Source: an uncultured delta proteobacterium
GTDB taxonomy: Bacteria > Myxococcota > Myxococcia > Myxococcales > Anaeromyxobacteraceae
Direction of reading: 5' to 3'
DNA: 64,000 nucleotides
NCBI GenBank assembly: GCA_963814585.1
Contig: CAWFDF010000003.1
Location: 1 to 64,000, forward strand
The notes beneath the pieces are model-generated. The model was not told where the DNA came from. It saw nothing but the letters and a program-made list of their open reading frames with translations, and made no database searches. Within the stretch, counting starts at the first letter, position 1; every line of letters starts with the position of its first letter. This document shows positions 52,354-62,303 of this stretch, piece by piece. The translations under genes and the position numbers were made by a program.

Positions 52354-54096
52354 TCACGCCGGGGCAGCCAGGCCCGGACCCAGCCGGCGCGACAGCTCGG
52401 CGGTCGCCTCGACCAGCGTGGTCACGACCGTGCCGGCGCCGGCGTCGCGGAGCCGCCTGGCGGCGAGCGCCGGATCGCCGCCCGGTTCGTCGGGCCGGAA
52501 CACCACCACCTGCCCGGGGACCCGGGCCTTGAGCCGGTGGCACAGCTCCCGCGCGAAGGGGCCTCCATCGGGCGGGAGTGCTGCGATGTAGACGACCCTG
52601 GGCGCGAGCTGCTCGACCCGTGCCACCGCCTGCGCCGGGGTGGTCCCGGGCGGCAGGATCTCCAGCGCGCCGTGCCCTGGTGCCAGCCTGGCTGCCAGCA
52701 TCTCCAGCAGCAGCTGGCTCTCCCCGCGATGGGCCGCGATGCCCAGCGCCGCCATCGGCGGAGCGTCCACGGGCCCGGTCGCGGACCTGGACAGGTGCTC
52801 GCAGACCTCCCGGGCCCCGGCCACGATGAAGCTCTCGTCCTCGGCGGTGATCTCCTTGCGGCTGGCGTCCCGGGCGGCCAGGACCAGCGTGGGGATGACG
52901 ATCTGATCCAGGACGCCCGTCAATCCCAGGGCGCCCAGGTTGGCCTGGGCGATCTCCCCGGCCCCGTCGTCGTCCCGGGCCAGCAGGCGCTGGTAGAAGC
53001 TGATCTCCGTGCCGATCACCTGGTCGTCCCCGAGCAGGACGGCCACGAACTGGAGTCCCGGAACGTGGCGACCCAGCACCGCCAGGGAGACCGTGATGGG
53101 GATGGCCAGGGCCAGGCCAACCGGCCCCCAGAGCCAGGTCCAGGCGAGCGCCGAGATGAGCAGGGCGATCGGTGAGACCCCGGTGCGGCGCCCGATGACC
53201 AGCGGCTCGACGAGGTACCCGGCCACCAGGTCCAGGACGACGAAGAGCCCGATGGTCAGGAGGGTCCTGGTCCAGCCCGCAAAGATGGCGAAGGCCAGGG
53301 CGGTGGGCATCACCATCGAGGCCGCGGCGCCGAGGTAGGGGACGAACCGGGCGAAGGCGGCCACGGCCCCCCAGAGCGCGGCATGGGGAATGCCCAGGAG
53401 GTGGAGCGCCACGCCGATGATGGCGCCGAAGGCGCCGTTGATCGCCGTCTGCGCGAGGAGGAGGCGGGTGACGCGGCGCGCCCCCTCGTCCAGCGCCCGG
53501 GTGGTCACGGTGACATTGGCCGTGCCCATCAGCCGGATCAGCCGGTTGCGGAGATCGTCCCGCTGGACGAGCATGAAGGCGCAGAGCACCAGGACGAAGA
53601 ACGTGGTGAGCAGCGGCTCCGCCAGCGGCGAGACCAGGTCCCAGAGATGGGCCGCCGGCGCGATCCGCTCCGGCATGACCTGGACCGGGACGACATTGGC
53701 AGCGGCCGGCCTGTCGAGGCCCCCCGTGACGCGGCCGACCACGGCCTCGACCCGCGCCATGGGCTTGGCGCCCAGGTCTCCCAGCGCCGTCACCTTCCGC
53801 CGCATCGATTCGGCGTAGGTGCCGAGCTGCGACGTCAAGTCGTCGAGCTGGGAGGTCAGGCCATAGCCAGCGCTCCCCAGGGCGCCGACGGCAAGCAGCA
53901 TCACCAGGATCAGCGCGGGGATGCGGGAGATGCGACGCTGGAGCCACTGCATGGGTGGCGTGAGGGCGAAGGCCAGGAAGGCCGCGAAGGCGATCGGCAT
54001 CAACACCGGGCGCCCCAGGCTCAGGATGGCGACCACGACCGTGACCGTCAGGAGCTTGACGAGGATTGGCGGCGACGTCGATCGAACGGATTCCAT
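52354..54096 (-). CDS. AI-2E family transporter with C-terminal cytoplasmic extension
   Basis: PIAFA.FL.F.L.P, R.DLRNRLIRL, RFVPYLG, EP.V.G..TG.SP, WTWLWGPVGL.LA.P.T; FYQRLLA.D tail. Confidence 0.9.
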   Translation of the reverse strand: MESVRSTSPPILVKLLTVTVVVAILSLGRPVLMPIAFAAFLAFALTPPMQWLQRRISRIPALILVMLLAVGALGSAGYGLTSQLDDLTSQLGTYAESMRRKVTALGDLGAKPMARVEAVVGRVTGGLDRPAAANVVPVQVMPERIAPAAHLWDLVSPLAEPLLTTFFVLVLCAFMLVQRDDLRNRLIRLMGTANVTVTTRALDEGARRVTRLLLAQTAINGAFGAIIGVALHLLGIPHAALWGAVAAFARFVPYLGAAASMVMPTALAFAIFAGWTRTLLTIGLFVVLDLVAGYLVEPLVIGRRTGVSPIALLISALAWTWLWGPVGLALAIPITVSLAVLGRHVPGLQFVAVLLGDDQVIGTEISFYQRLLARDDDGAGEIAQANLGALGLTGVLDQIVIPTLVLAARDASRKEITAEDESFIVAGAREVCEHLSRSATGPVDAPPMAALGIAAHRGESQLLLEMLAARLAPGHGALEILPPGTTPAQAVARVEQLAPRVVYIAALPPDGGPFARELCHRLKARVPGQVVVFRPDEPGGDPALAARRLRDAGAGTVVTTLVEATAELSRRLGPGLAAPA

Positions 54097-54380
54097 GGTG
54101 CCCTCCTTCGCATCAGCCGGGCCAGCGGGCCGGCGGGCGAAGAACGCCAGTGATTCCATGCTCCGGTCGCTGGCCTGGGTCCGCGGTGGGAGGAATGCGA
54201 GATCCCCCGAGGTGGCTCGAGACCATCAACATGAGTTGATGCTCCATCGATTCGATGTGGTGCCGGCGGTGGCGAGCGGCACGTCGTCCCTGTTACGCTT
54301 CATGGGTGACGGGCGCTGTGTAGCCTCGGGAGCCTCCGCTGACTGACGCCAACACAACTTCCCCGGACGAGCCGGCTCCG

Positions 54381-55829
54381 GTGGCCGGGGGCCTCCCCCG
54401 CATCATCCAGGGCGGGATGGGGATCGCCGTCTCCAACTGGCGCCTGGCCAGCGCGGTGGCTCGCCTCGGCCAGCTGGGCGTGGTCTCGGGGGTCGCCATC
54501 GACTCCGTGCTGGCTCGCCGGCTCCAGGACGGCGACCCGGGCGGCCACATGCGGCGCGCCATGGGGCGCTTTCCCATCCCGCAGGTCGCCTCCGAGGCGC
54601 TGGCGAGCTACTTCCGCCCCGAGGGCCGTGCACCGGGAGAGCCCTACGCCCTCCTGCCCATGTACCAGCAGGTGGTCTCACGCTCCCGGGACCTGTTCTC
54701 CGTCCTCTCCTCCTTCGTCGAGGTCCACCTCGCCAGGGAGGGCCACGCCGGCCTCGTCGGCATCAACCTGCTGACCAAGATCCAGATGGGGAACCTCCCC
54801 TTCCTCTACGGCGCCATCCTGGCCGGGGTGGACTACGTGATCATGGGCGCCGGCATCCCGCGCGAGATCCCGGGCGCGCTCGACGCGCTGGCGAGGCACC
54901 AGCCGGCGCAGCTGCGGCTCGAGCTGGAGGGGGCCGCGCCGGGGCAGGCCGAGTACCTGCGCTTCGACCCGGCCGCCTGCTGGGAGGGCGCCCCGCCTCC
55001 CGTGGTGCGCCCGCGCTTCCTCCCCATCGTCGCCAGCAACCTGCTGGCGACCATGCTCCTGAAGAAGGCCTCCGGCCGCATCGACGGGTTCATCATCGAG
55101 GGCCCCACGGCCGGCGGGCACAACGCCCCGCCGCGGGACCGCGGCGTCTCCCCGGAGACGGGTGAGCCGCTCTACGGCGAGCGCGACGTGGTCGACCTGG
55201 AGCAGATCCGCAAGCTCGGCCTGCCCTTCTGGGTGGCCGGCAGCGCCGGACGGCCGGCGCGGCTCCAGGAGGCGCTCGCGGCGGGCGCGGCGGGCATCCA
55301 GGTCGGCACCCTGTTCGCCTACTGCGACGAGTCGGGCCTCACCGACCCCATCCGCAGCGGGGTCCTGGAGAGCGTCCGGCGCGGGACGGTCCGCATCCGC
55401 ACCGACGCGCGCGCCTCACCCACCGGGTTCCCGTTCAAGCTGGTCTCCTGGGACGACGACCCGGCCGTCGGCGTGGTCCGCAAGCGCGTCTGCGATCTCG
55501 GCTACCTGCGCGACGCCTACGCGCGCGGCGAGAAGGGGATCGGGTATCGCTGCGCCAGCGAGCCCGAGGAGCAGTTCACCAACAAGGGCGGCGCGGCGGA
55601 CGAGACGCCGGGGCGCCAGTGCCTGTGCAACGCCCTGCTCGCCACCATCGGGCTGGGACAGGTCCGCGACGGCGGCGCGGTCGAGCCGCCCCTGCTGACG
55701 AGCGGCGACGAGGTGACGAACCTGGCGGACTTCCTCGGCGGCCGCACCCACTACGCCGCGGCCGACGTGGTGCGCTGGCTGCTGGGTGGCGCGGACCAGC
55801 GGGTTCAGGCCGCAGGTGACCCGCGGTGA
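54381..55829 (+). CDS. Nitronate monooxygenase / 2-nitropropane dioxygenase-like flavoprotein
   Basis: LP.IIQGGMG, MGAGIP, IEGPTAGGHN, GIQVGT.F..ESG, C.CN.L. Start uncertain. Confidence 0.88.
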   Translation: MAGGLPRIIQGGMGIAVSNWRLASAVARLGQLGVVSGVAIDSVLARRLQDGDPGGHMRRAMGRFPIPQVASEALASYFRPEGRAPGEPYALLPMYQQVVSRSRDLFSVLSSFVEVHLAREGHAGLVGINLLTKIQMGNLPFLYGAILAGVDYVIMGAGIPREIPGALDALARHQPAQLRLELEGAAPGQAEYLRFDPAACWEGAPPPVVRPRFLPIVASNLLATMLLKKASGRIDGFIIEGPTAGGHNAPPRDRGVSPETGEPLYGERDVVDLEQIRKLGLPFWVAGSAGRPARLQEALAAGAAGIQVGTLFAYCDESGLTDPIRSGVLESVRRGTVRIRTDARASPTGFPFKLVSWDDDPAVGVVRKRVCDLGYLRDAYARGEKGIGYRCASEPEEQFTNKGGAADETPGRQCLCNALLATIGLGQVRDGGAVEPPLLTSGDEVTNLADFLGGRTHYAAADVVRWLLGGADQRVQAAGDPR

Positions 55830-56019
55830 GCTGTCATTCGTGCGCTGGCAGGCGCGAGTGAACGCCTCGAAGGCCGTTCGCGAGCTGGGGTTCGCGCCGA
55901 GTCCTCAGGCCGAGAGCTGGCGCCGCACGGTCCAGGCTGGTCGCTGAGGAGCCATCGGCCGAGTCGAGCCTGGACCGGCCCGGGCGCCGACTCGCCTGCC
56001 AGGGTATGAACATCGCTCC

Positions 56020-56943
56020 ATGTCGATTCCCCACCTGACCCGCGTGCGGCGGGCCCTTCGCGGCGTCGCGCTGCGCGGGCTGATCGCGGTCTTCGCGGTC
56101 CTGCCGCTGCGCATCGCCCTGGCGCTGGCCAGCGGCCTGGGCTGGGCCGGCTGGAGGCTGGCCGGGTCGACCCGGCGGCGCGTGCTGGAGCACCTCGCCA
56201 TCGCCTTCCCCGACCTCTCCCCGGCCGGGCGGGAGACGCTGGGGCGGGCCAGCCTGCGCCACCTCGCCTGGCTCATCGCCGAGATGCTGTCGGTCCGCAG
56301 CTACGACGCGGCGCTGGAGAGCTACGTGACCTTCGCGCCCGGCGCCGAGGCCTCGCTCCGCCAGGTCATGGCCGAGGGGCGCGGGCTGGTCATGGTCTCC
56401 GGGCACATCGGCCACTGGGAGCTGCTGGCCCGCCGCCTGGTCCGGGCCGGCATCCCCTGCGCCACGGTGGCCCGCAGCGGCACCAACCCGATCCTGCACG
56501 CCCTCCTCGACCGCTTCCGGGCCGAGGGGAAGTTCGAGGTCCTGCTGCGCGACGACCCGGGCACGGCGCGCGCCATCATCCGCTGCCTGCGGAGCGGGAA
56601 GCTGCTGGGGCTGCTCATCGACCAGGACACCGCGGTGCAGGGGCTGTTCGTCCCGTTCTTCGGCCGCCCGGCCTGGACGCCGCGCGCGGCCGGCGACCTC
56701 GCGCTCCGCTTCCGCGCGCCGGTGGCGGTCATCTGGAGCCGCCGCCGCGGGCCCGGCGCCGGCGACGGCCACGAGCTCTCCGTCGCGCTGGTGCCCTACG
56801 ACGCGGACGCCGCCGACCGCGGGGCGGAGTCGGAGCGCATCACCGCCGCCTGCACCGCGAGGCTGGAGGCGGCCATCCGCGCCCGGCCCGAGGAGTGGGT
56901 CTGGATGCACGAGCGCTGGAAGACCCGGCCGGCCCCGGCCTGA
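56020..56943 (+). CDS. Lipid A late acyltransferase (LpxL/HtrB family)
   Basis: SGHIGHWE, LIDQD, VPFFG.PA, IR..PE.W.W.H.RWK. Confidence 0.9.
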   Translation: MSIPHLTRVRRALRGVALRGLIAVFAVLPLRIALALASGLGWAGWRLAGSTRRRVLEHLAIAFPDLSPAGRETLGRASLRHLAWLIAEMLSVRSYDAALESYVTFAPGAEASLRQVMAEGRGLVMVSGHIGHWELLARRLVRAGIPCATVARSGTNPILHALLDRFRAEGKFEVLLRDDPGTARAIIRCLRSGKLLGLLIDQDTAVQGLFVPFFGRPAWTPRAAGDLALRFRAPVAVIWSRRRGPGAGDGHELSVALVPYDADAADRGAESERITAACTARLEAAIRARPEEWVWMHERWKTRPAPA

Positions 56944-57126
56944 CCCTGGCCCGCTGCTGCCGTGATGTGACGTCGGTCGCTCCCTCCTCCTTCGTCACGA
57001 GCCCAGGAGCCACCACCAGCCGTCGGGCATCGAGACGACTCGCCGGACGGCCAGGTGGACCGCCCGCCGAATGCGCTGGCATCGGGCGCCGAGGCCGAGG
57101 ACACTTCGCGTGGGGGAGCCACCGCC

Positions 57127-58029
57127 ATGACGACCACCGCACCGAGCTGCGCCGTCCACCACCGCACCTCGACGCTCGCCCTGGCGGCGCTCCTGCTCGC
57201 CGCCTCCGGGCCAGCCCGGGCCGCCGACGCGCCGGGCCTGGACGCCGCGCCCCCGCCGGCCCCCGCATCGAGCCGGCTGCTCCCCTTCGGCGCCGAATGG
57301 GCGCGGGCGCGCGGCATCGACCTCCCGTCGCCGTTCGGCGTGGGCCTCTTCGTGGTCTCGATGCGGCGGGACATCGAGGTGACCGAGGTGCGCGTCACGC
57401 TCCCCGGGAACGCGCCGGCCAGCGTCAGCAACGTGGCCAGCTTCGCCGTGCACAACGACACCACGCTGGTGGCCGCCAAGGTGGACGCCTGGCTGCTCCC
57501 GGTCCTGAACGTGTACCTGCTGGCCGGCCACTCCTGGACCGACAGCCGGCTCGACGCCACCGTCACCGTCGACCGGCCTCTCCTCCCGCCCCTGGTCCTC
57601 GACGTCACCCAGGACTCGCAGGTCGGCGGCCCGCTGATCGGCGGCGGCGCCACGCTGGTGGCGGGGTATGGCCCCTGGTTCATCATGGCGGACGCCAACT
57701 ACTCGGTCTCGGACATCAGCGCCTTCGACGACCCGCTGGGGGCCCTGTTCGTCTCGGCGCGCACCGGCTGGTCCGGCACCACCAGCTGGGGCGGGTGGCG
57801 GGGATGGGTCGGCCTCGCCTGGCTGCAGACCAGCCGCACGCTCACGGTCACGCAGCAGTCCTCGGTCGGACCGGTCCTCCTCGAGATCGACCAGCGACCC
57901 GTCAACCCGCTCACCGCCGAGCTCGGCGGGAGCCTGAGCCTCGGGAAGCGCTGGGAGGCGATGCTCGAGCTCGGGGCCAACTCGGACGACGACCGGGTCC
58001 TCGTCTTCTCGGCGGCGTTCCGCTTCTAG
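57127..58029 (+). CDS. Outer-membrane beta-barrel protein
   Basis: Signal peptide; LP.PFGVG, K.D.WLLP.LNVY; terminal FRF. Confidence 0.75.
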   Translation: MTTTAPSCAVHHRTSTLALAALLLAASGPARAADAPGLDAAPPPAPASSRLLPFGAEWARARGIDLPSPFGVGLFVVSMRRDIEVTEVRVTLPGNAPASVSNVASFAVHNDTTLVAAKVDAWLLPVLNVYLLAGHSWTDSRLDATVTVDRPLLPPLVLDVTQDSQVGGPLIGGGATLVAGYGPWFIMADANYSVSDISAFDDPLGALFVSARTGWSGTTSWGGWRGWVGLAWLQTSRTLTVTQQSSVGPVLLEIDQRPVNPLTAELGGSLSLGKRWEAMLELGANSDDDRVLVFSAAFRF

Positions 58030-58072
58030 GCGCCTCTCCAGCTGACGGCCTCGGCCCCGGTGGCCGAGGCCG

Positions 58073-58483
58073 CTACGCCCGCGAGACCGGCGACGGGTCG
58101 CCCTTCAGCGGCAGCAGCGCCCGCAGCCGCGGGTCGCGCAGGTACAGGCCGAGCCACGCGATCGCGCCGAGCACGGCCGGGGCCAGGAACATGCCGTCGC
58201 CCGCCCGGACGTGCGTGGCCACGGCGCCCCCCAGGTAGCCGGTCACCAGCACCGCGCCCAGGACCGAGGTCCGGGGGATGGCGTAGAGGAGCGCGCAGGC
58301 GAGCTCGGTGAGACCGATGGGCACCAGGGAGCCCGGGGGATAGCCGAAGGAGGCCCAGTCCTTGGCCATCTGCGCTCCACCCATGAGCTTGAAGGTCGCG
58401 CTCATCACCATCATCAGGGCCGGGAGCGCGCTCAGCACGCGCCCGGTCCACATCGACCTCTTCCCGACGCTCGCCTCACCCAT
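58073..58483 (-). CDS. DoxX family membrane protein
   Basis: SA.FKL, IG..EL...LLY.IPRT..LGA.L.TGYLGGA.ATH.R, L.LRD.RL. Confidence 0.9.
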   Translation of the reverse strand: MGEASVGKRSMWTGRVLSALPALMMVMSATFKLMGGAQMAKDWASFGYPPGSLVPIGLTELACALLYAIPRTSVLGAVLVTGYLGGAVATHVRAGDGMFLAPAVLGAIAWLGLYLRDPRLRALLPLKGDPSPVSRA

Positions 58484-58515
58484 GCACGCCTCCTGGTCCG
58501 GCCGCTCACCGGCCA

Positions 58516-58920
58516 TCAGATGAAGAAGGGCTTCTCCTGCGGGGGCGGGCGCAGCGGCGGCGGCTCCGACCGGATGGGCGGATGGCCGGCCGGCAGGCGC
58601 GGGACCACCCGCACCGGCGGATGACCCGGGGGGAGGAGGCCCTCCAGGACGCCGACGGGCGGGTGTCCAGGTGGGAGGCCCTGCATGCTGCTGACGGGCG
58701 GGTGGCCCGGCGGCAGGCACTCGGCCCCGCCGGCGACGGGGTCCGCCCAGGTGGCCGTCGCCAGCCCCAGCACGGCGACGTAGCCGGCGAGGAGCAGGGC
58801 GCGGACGCCCGCACTCCGAGGCGGCTTCGTTCCCGGCCCCGCCGAGGCTCCGCCCGCTTCACCCGCTGCCGGCAGCGCCTGGTTGCCCTCCGGCTCCGAG
58901 CCCCTCTCCGTCGTGATCAT
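58516..58920 (-). CDS. Membrane-anchored protein with 4 LP(P/A)GHPP repeats
   Basis: AGGAGA RBS; one hydrophobic segment, then LPPGHPP x3 and LPAGHPP. Confidence 0.7.
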   Translation of the reverse strand: MITTERGSEPEGNQALPAAGEAGGASAGPGTKPPRSAGVRALLLAGYVAVLGLATATWADPVAGGAECLPPGHPPVSSMQGLPPGHPPVGVLEGLLPPGHPPVRVVPRLPAGHPPIRSEPPPLRPPPQEKPFFI

Positions 58921-59080
58921 GGCTGGTCTCCTCGCTGATGCGCCTGCGCCGCGCAGGCTCCGCGGCAGGTCGGTTCCTGCTGCACCTCACCGTTCATGAC
59001 GGCGGACGCGCCTGCGCGCTCGACAGACCGCCGTCGCCACGGCCCGGGAATCCGGGGCGCGGACCTCCGGGGGCGGGCTC

Positions 59081-59109
59081 TTGACAAACGGATGTTCATC
59101 CGTTATAAA
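59081..59109 (+). promoter_or_regulatory. Near-consensus sigma70 promoter with palindromic operator in the spacer
   Basis: TTGACA (59081-86), 17 bp, TATAAA (59104-09); palindrome aacggatg-tt-catccgtt at 59087-59104. Confidence 0.85.
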
Positions 59110-59197
59110 GGACACACCATCCAGATGGGACGAGGGGCGCGGCCCGACGACTCCCAGCCAACTCCGGCACGAGCCGGCTCGGTGGCAATGCCGCGCG

Positions 59198-59686
59198 ATG
59201 GAGTCCCAGATGATGCCGACCGTCCCGCCCCCGCCCGCCGAGCTCGAGAGGTCCCTGTCGCAGCGCTGGCTCGAGCTGCTCACCGGGGAGGGCTACCAGC
59301 CCCGGCACCAGACCAGCGTGCAGGACCCCGGGAAGACCCGCCTCCTCTTCCAGTCCGGGGGGGAGCCGCACTTCCTCTACCTCGACGAGGAGGACCCGCG
59401 GTTCTTCCGCCTCTCCCTCAGGTTCGGGCTGGGCGACCGCGCCGCCAGCGACCTCGCCCTGCTGGCCGCCGCCAACGAGCAGGGCCGGTCGACCAAGGCC
59501 ACCAAGGTGACCGTGGACCTGGAGGACCGGTGCGCCTTCTTCGAGGTCGAGGGCTTCGTGGAGGCCCCGCCCTCAGCGGCGATCTTCGAGCGGATGGTGG
59601 GCCAGTGCAGGTACGCTGCGGATCGCTTCTTCGCCCGGCTGGACCGGCCGGTCCGGCCAGCCCGTCCGGCGCCGCTGCCCTGCTGA
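59198..59686 (+). CDS. YbjN/CesT-fold protein (paralog of 20010..20456)
   Basis: Shares QRW..LL...G..P, LD..D..FF.LSL, AANE, TKVTVDLEDR, EAPPS...FERMVGQC.Y.AD.FF with the 20 kb copy. Confidence 0.75.
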   Translation: MESQMMPTVPPPPAELERSLSQRWLELLTGEGYQPRHQTSVQDPGKTRLLFQSGGEPHFLYLDEEDPRFFRLSLRFGLGDRAASDLALLAAANEQGRSTKATKVTVDLEDRCAFFEVEGFVEAPPSAAIFERMVGQCRYAADRFFARLDRPVRPARPAPLPC

Positions 59687-59695
59687 GGAGGTCCC

Positions 59696-60559
59696 ATGCC
59701 CTCGCGCCCGCGCACGGCCCAACGACCCGAGGTGACCGCCGCCGCCGAGGCGCTGCGAGCGGCGCGCGCCCTCGTCGTCACCGCCGGCGCCGGCATGGGC
59801 GTGGACTCGGGCCTGCCCGACTTCCGAGGAGACGAGGGGTTCTGGAAGGCCTACCCGCCCTACCAGCGCCTCGGGATCTCCTTCGTCGAGGCCGCCAACC
59901 CGTCGGGGTTCGAGGGGGACCCCGAGTTCGGGTGGGGCTTCTACGGGCACCGGCTGGGGCTCTACCGGGCCACGGCGCCGCATCGGGGCTTCTCCATCCT
60001 CCGCTCCTGGATCGACTCGCTGGGCCTCGACGGCTTCGTGGTCACCTCCAACGTGGACGGGCAGTTCCAGAAGGCCGGCTTCGATCCGGAGCGGATCCAC
60101 GAGGTGCACGGCTCCATCCACCACCTGCAGTGCACCACGCCGTGCTCTGATGGCATCTGGCCCAACCGGGAGGAGGTCCCGGTCGATCTCGACACCATGC
60201 GCGCGCTCCAGGTGCCGCGGTGCCCCCGCTGCGGGGAGGTTTCGCGGCCCAACATCCTCATGTTCGGCGACTGGGCCTGGCTGGCCGACCGGTCGCACGG
60301 GCAGCAGCGGGCCTTCGACGCCTGGCTCGCGGAGCTCGGCGACGCGCCGCTCGCGGTGGTGGAGATGGGCGCCGGCAGCGCCATCCCCACCATCCGCATG
60401 CTCACCGAGCGGCTCGGGCGCAGGGCCGGCGCCAGGTCGATCCGGATCAACCCGCGCGAGCCCGACATCGGGGCGCCTCACCTGTCCCTGGCCATGGGCG
60501 CGCTGGAGGGGCTGGCGGCGATCGACGAGGCCCTGCGCCGGCCGGCCTCGCGGCCTTGA
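59696..60559 (+). CDS. Sir2-family NAD-dependent deacylase
   Basis: TAGAGMGVDSG.PDFRG, TSNVDG, EVHGS, CxxxC..CxxC, RPNILMF, EMGAG, RINP. Confidence 0.93.
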   Translation: MPSRPRTAQRPEVTAAAEALRAARALVVTAGAGMGVDSGLPDFRGDEGFWKAYPPYQRLGISFVEAANPSGFEGDPEFGWGFYGHRLGLYRATAPHRGFSILRSWIDSLGLDGFVVTSNVDGQFQKAGFDPERIHEVHGSIHHLQCTTPCSDGIWPNREEVPVDLDTMRALQVPRCPRCGEVSRPNILMFGDWAWLADRSHGQQRAFDAWLAELGDAPLAVVEMGAGSAIPTIRMLTERLGRRAGARSIRINPREPDIGAPHLSLAMGALEGLAAIDEALRRPASRP

Positions 60560-60685
60560 CCTCGTCTCCACGGCCCCCCTCGGTGCACCGGCCGCTCCGG
60601 GGCGTGGGCCTGCTCGACGATCCCACCCGAGGAGCAGCGCACCTCCGTCGCGGCGCCGCGGACGGCTCCGCGTTAGGAGCACGGC

Positions 60686-61543
60686 GTGGACGTCCACCTC
60701 GTCGACGGGACCTACGAGCTCTTCCGCGCCCACTTCGGCGCGCCCGCGGCCACCGCCCCCGACGGCGCCGAGGTGGGCGCCACCCGCGGCCTGCTCCGCT
60801 CCCTGCAGGCGCTGCTGCGCGAGCCGGGCGTGACGCACGTCGCCGTGGCCTTCGATCACGTCGTCGAGTCGTTCCGCAACCAGCTCTTCCCCGGCTACAA
60901 GACCGCCGAGGGGGTGCCGCCCGAGCTGCTGGCACAGTTCCCGCTCGCCGAGGAGGCCACCCGCGCCCTCGGCCTGGTCACCTGGCCCATGGTGGAGTTC
61001 GAGGCCGACGACGCGCTGGCCACGGCCGCCGCCCGCTTCGCCGGGGCCCCGGGCGTCGAGCGGGTGCTCCTCTGCACGCCGGACAAGGATCTGGCCCAGT
61101 GCGTGCGCGGCACGCAGGTCGTCGGCTTCGACCGGATGCGCCGGCGCGTCGTCGACGAGGCCGCGGTCCGGGCCCGCTTCGGCGTCGGCCCGGCGTCGAT
61201 CCCCGACTGGCTGGCGCTGGTGGGCGACACCGCCGACGGCATCCCCGGCGTGCCACGCTTCGGCGAGAAGTCGGCCTCGGCGGTGCTGGCCCGCTACGCC
61301 CACCTGGAGGCCATCCCGGACGACGCCGCGCGCTGGGACGTGCCGGTGCGTGGCGCGGCCTCGCTGGCCGCCAGCCTGGCCTCCCACCGCGAGGCGGCCG
61401 GCCTCTACCGGACGCTGGCCACCGTGCGCACCGACGTCCCGCTGGGCGAGGACCTCGAGGCCCTGCGCTGTCGCGGGCCGCGCCCCGACCTCCTCGAGGC
61501 GCTGGGCCGGCGGCTCGGCGACTCCAGGCTGGCGGCGAGGTGA
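60686..61543 (+). CDS. Stand-alone 5'-3' exonuclease / flap endonuclease
   Basis: LVDG...LFRA, FR...FP.YK, EADD, DKDL.Q, LVGD.AD.IPGV..FGEKSA. Confidence 0.93.
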   Translation: MDVHLVDGTYELFRAHFGAPAATAPDGAEVGATRGLLRSLQALLREPGVTHVAVAFDHVVESFRNQLFPGYKTAEGVPPELLAQFPLAEEATRALGLVTWPMVEFEADDALATAAARFAGAPGVERVLLCTPDKDLAQCVRGTQVVGFDRMRRRVVDEAAVRARFGVGPASIPDWLALVGDTADGIPGVPRFGEKSASAVLARYAHLEAIPDDAARWDVPVRGAASLAASLASHREAAGLYRTLATVRTDVPLGEDLEALRCRGPRPDLLEALGRRLGDSRLAAR

Positions 61544-61573
61544 AGGGCCGGCCAGGGCGCCGCGCCCCTGGAT

Positions 61574-62125
61574 TCACTCGCCGTCGTGCTCGAGCTCGCC
61601 CTGCCAGTACTCGAGGTCGCGCACGAACTGCCTCCACGAGGGCGGCGCGTCGGGGTGGAGCAGGAACGTCAGCCGCAGCGTGTCCGGCAGCCACGCCGGC
61701 TTCACCGGCACCGAGATCAGGCGCATCCTCGCCTGGTCCGGCGTCCGCCCGCCCTTCCGCTGGTTGCAGGGCGAGCAGGCGATGACCACGTTCTCCCAGG
61801 TCGTCCGCCCTCCCAGCGACCGGGGGACGACGTGGTCGTAGGTGGCTCCCGGCCGGGGGACCTGGTGGCCACAGTACTGGCAGTGGCCCTTGTCCCTCGA
61901 GTAGACGTTCTCGCGGGAGAACTTCACGGCCTGCTTCCGGTGGCGGACCTTGCGCAGGAACCGGATGATGCTGGGGACCTTGATCTCCAGGGTGACCGAT
62001 CGGATCAGCCGGTCCTGGTACTCCTCGATGACCTCGACCTTGCCGAGCCAGATCAGGGTCACGGCCCGCTGCCACGTCACGTGGGCGACGGGCACGTAGC
62101 TGGATGACAGGACCAGGGTATCCAT
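61574..62125 (-). CDS. HNH endonuclease (McrA/COG1403-like)
   Basis: LVL..SY.P, PSIIR, FSRENV..RD...CQYCG, T.DHV.P.S.GG.T.WEN.V.AC..CN..K. Confidence 0.92.
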   Translation of the reverse strand: MDTLVLSSSYVPVAHVTWQRAVTLIWLGKVEVIEEYQDRLIRSVTLEIKVPSIIRFLRKVRHRKQAVKFSRENVYSRDKGHCQYCGHQVPRPGATYDHVVPRSLGGRTTWENVVIACSPCNQRKGGRTPDQARMRLISVPVKPAWLPDTLRLTFLLHPDAPPSWRQFVRDLEYWQGELEHDGE

Positions 62126-62303
62126 CGCCGCGCTCCTCCCGAGGAGCGGATGGTACCCCGGCGCGGCGCCTCCCCGCGACCCTCTCCGCACCGTTCATCC
62201 CGTCGCGGGCCGCCGCCCTCCTCCTCCACCCCGGCCTGATGCACCCCACGTCCACGCCAGGGCCATGAGCTTGGCCGGCCGCCCCAATCCTGCCGGGCGC
62301 GAG

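Noticed and set aside
59696..60559. Sir2 as a Thoeris/DSR-type NADase defence effector
   Set aside because: It has the Zn-binding cysteines and length of a classical sirtuin deacylase and no TIR, HerA or pAgo partner.
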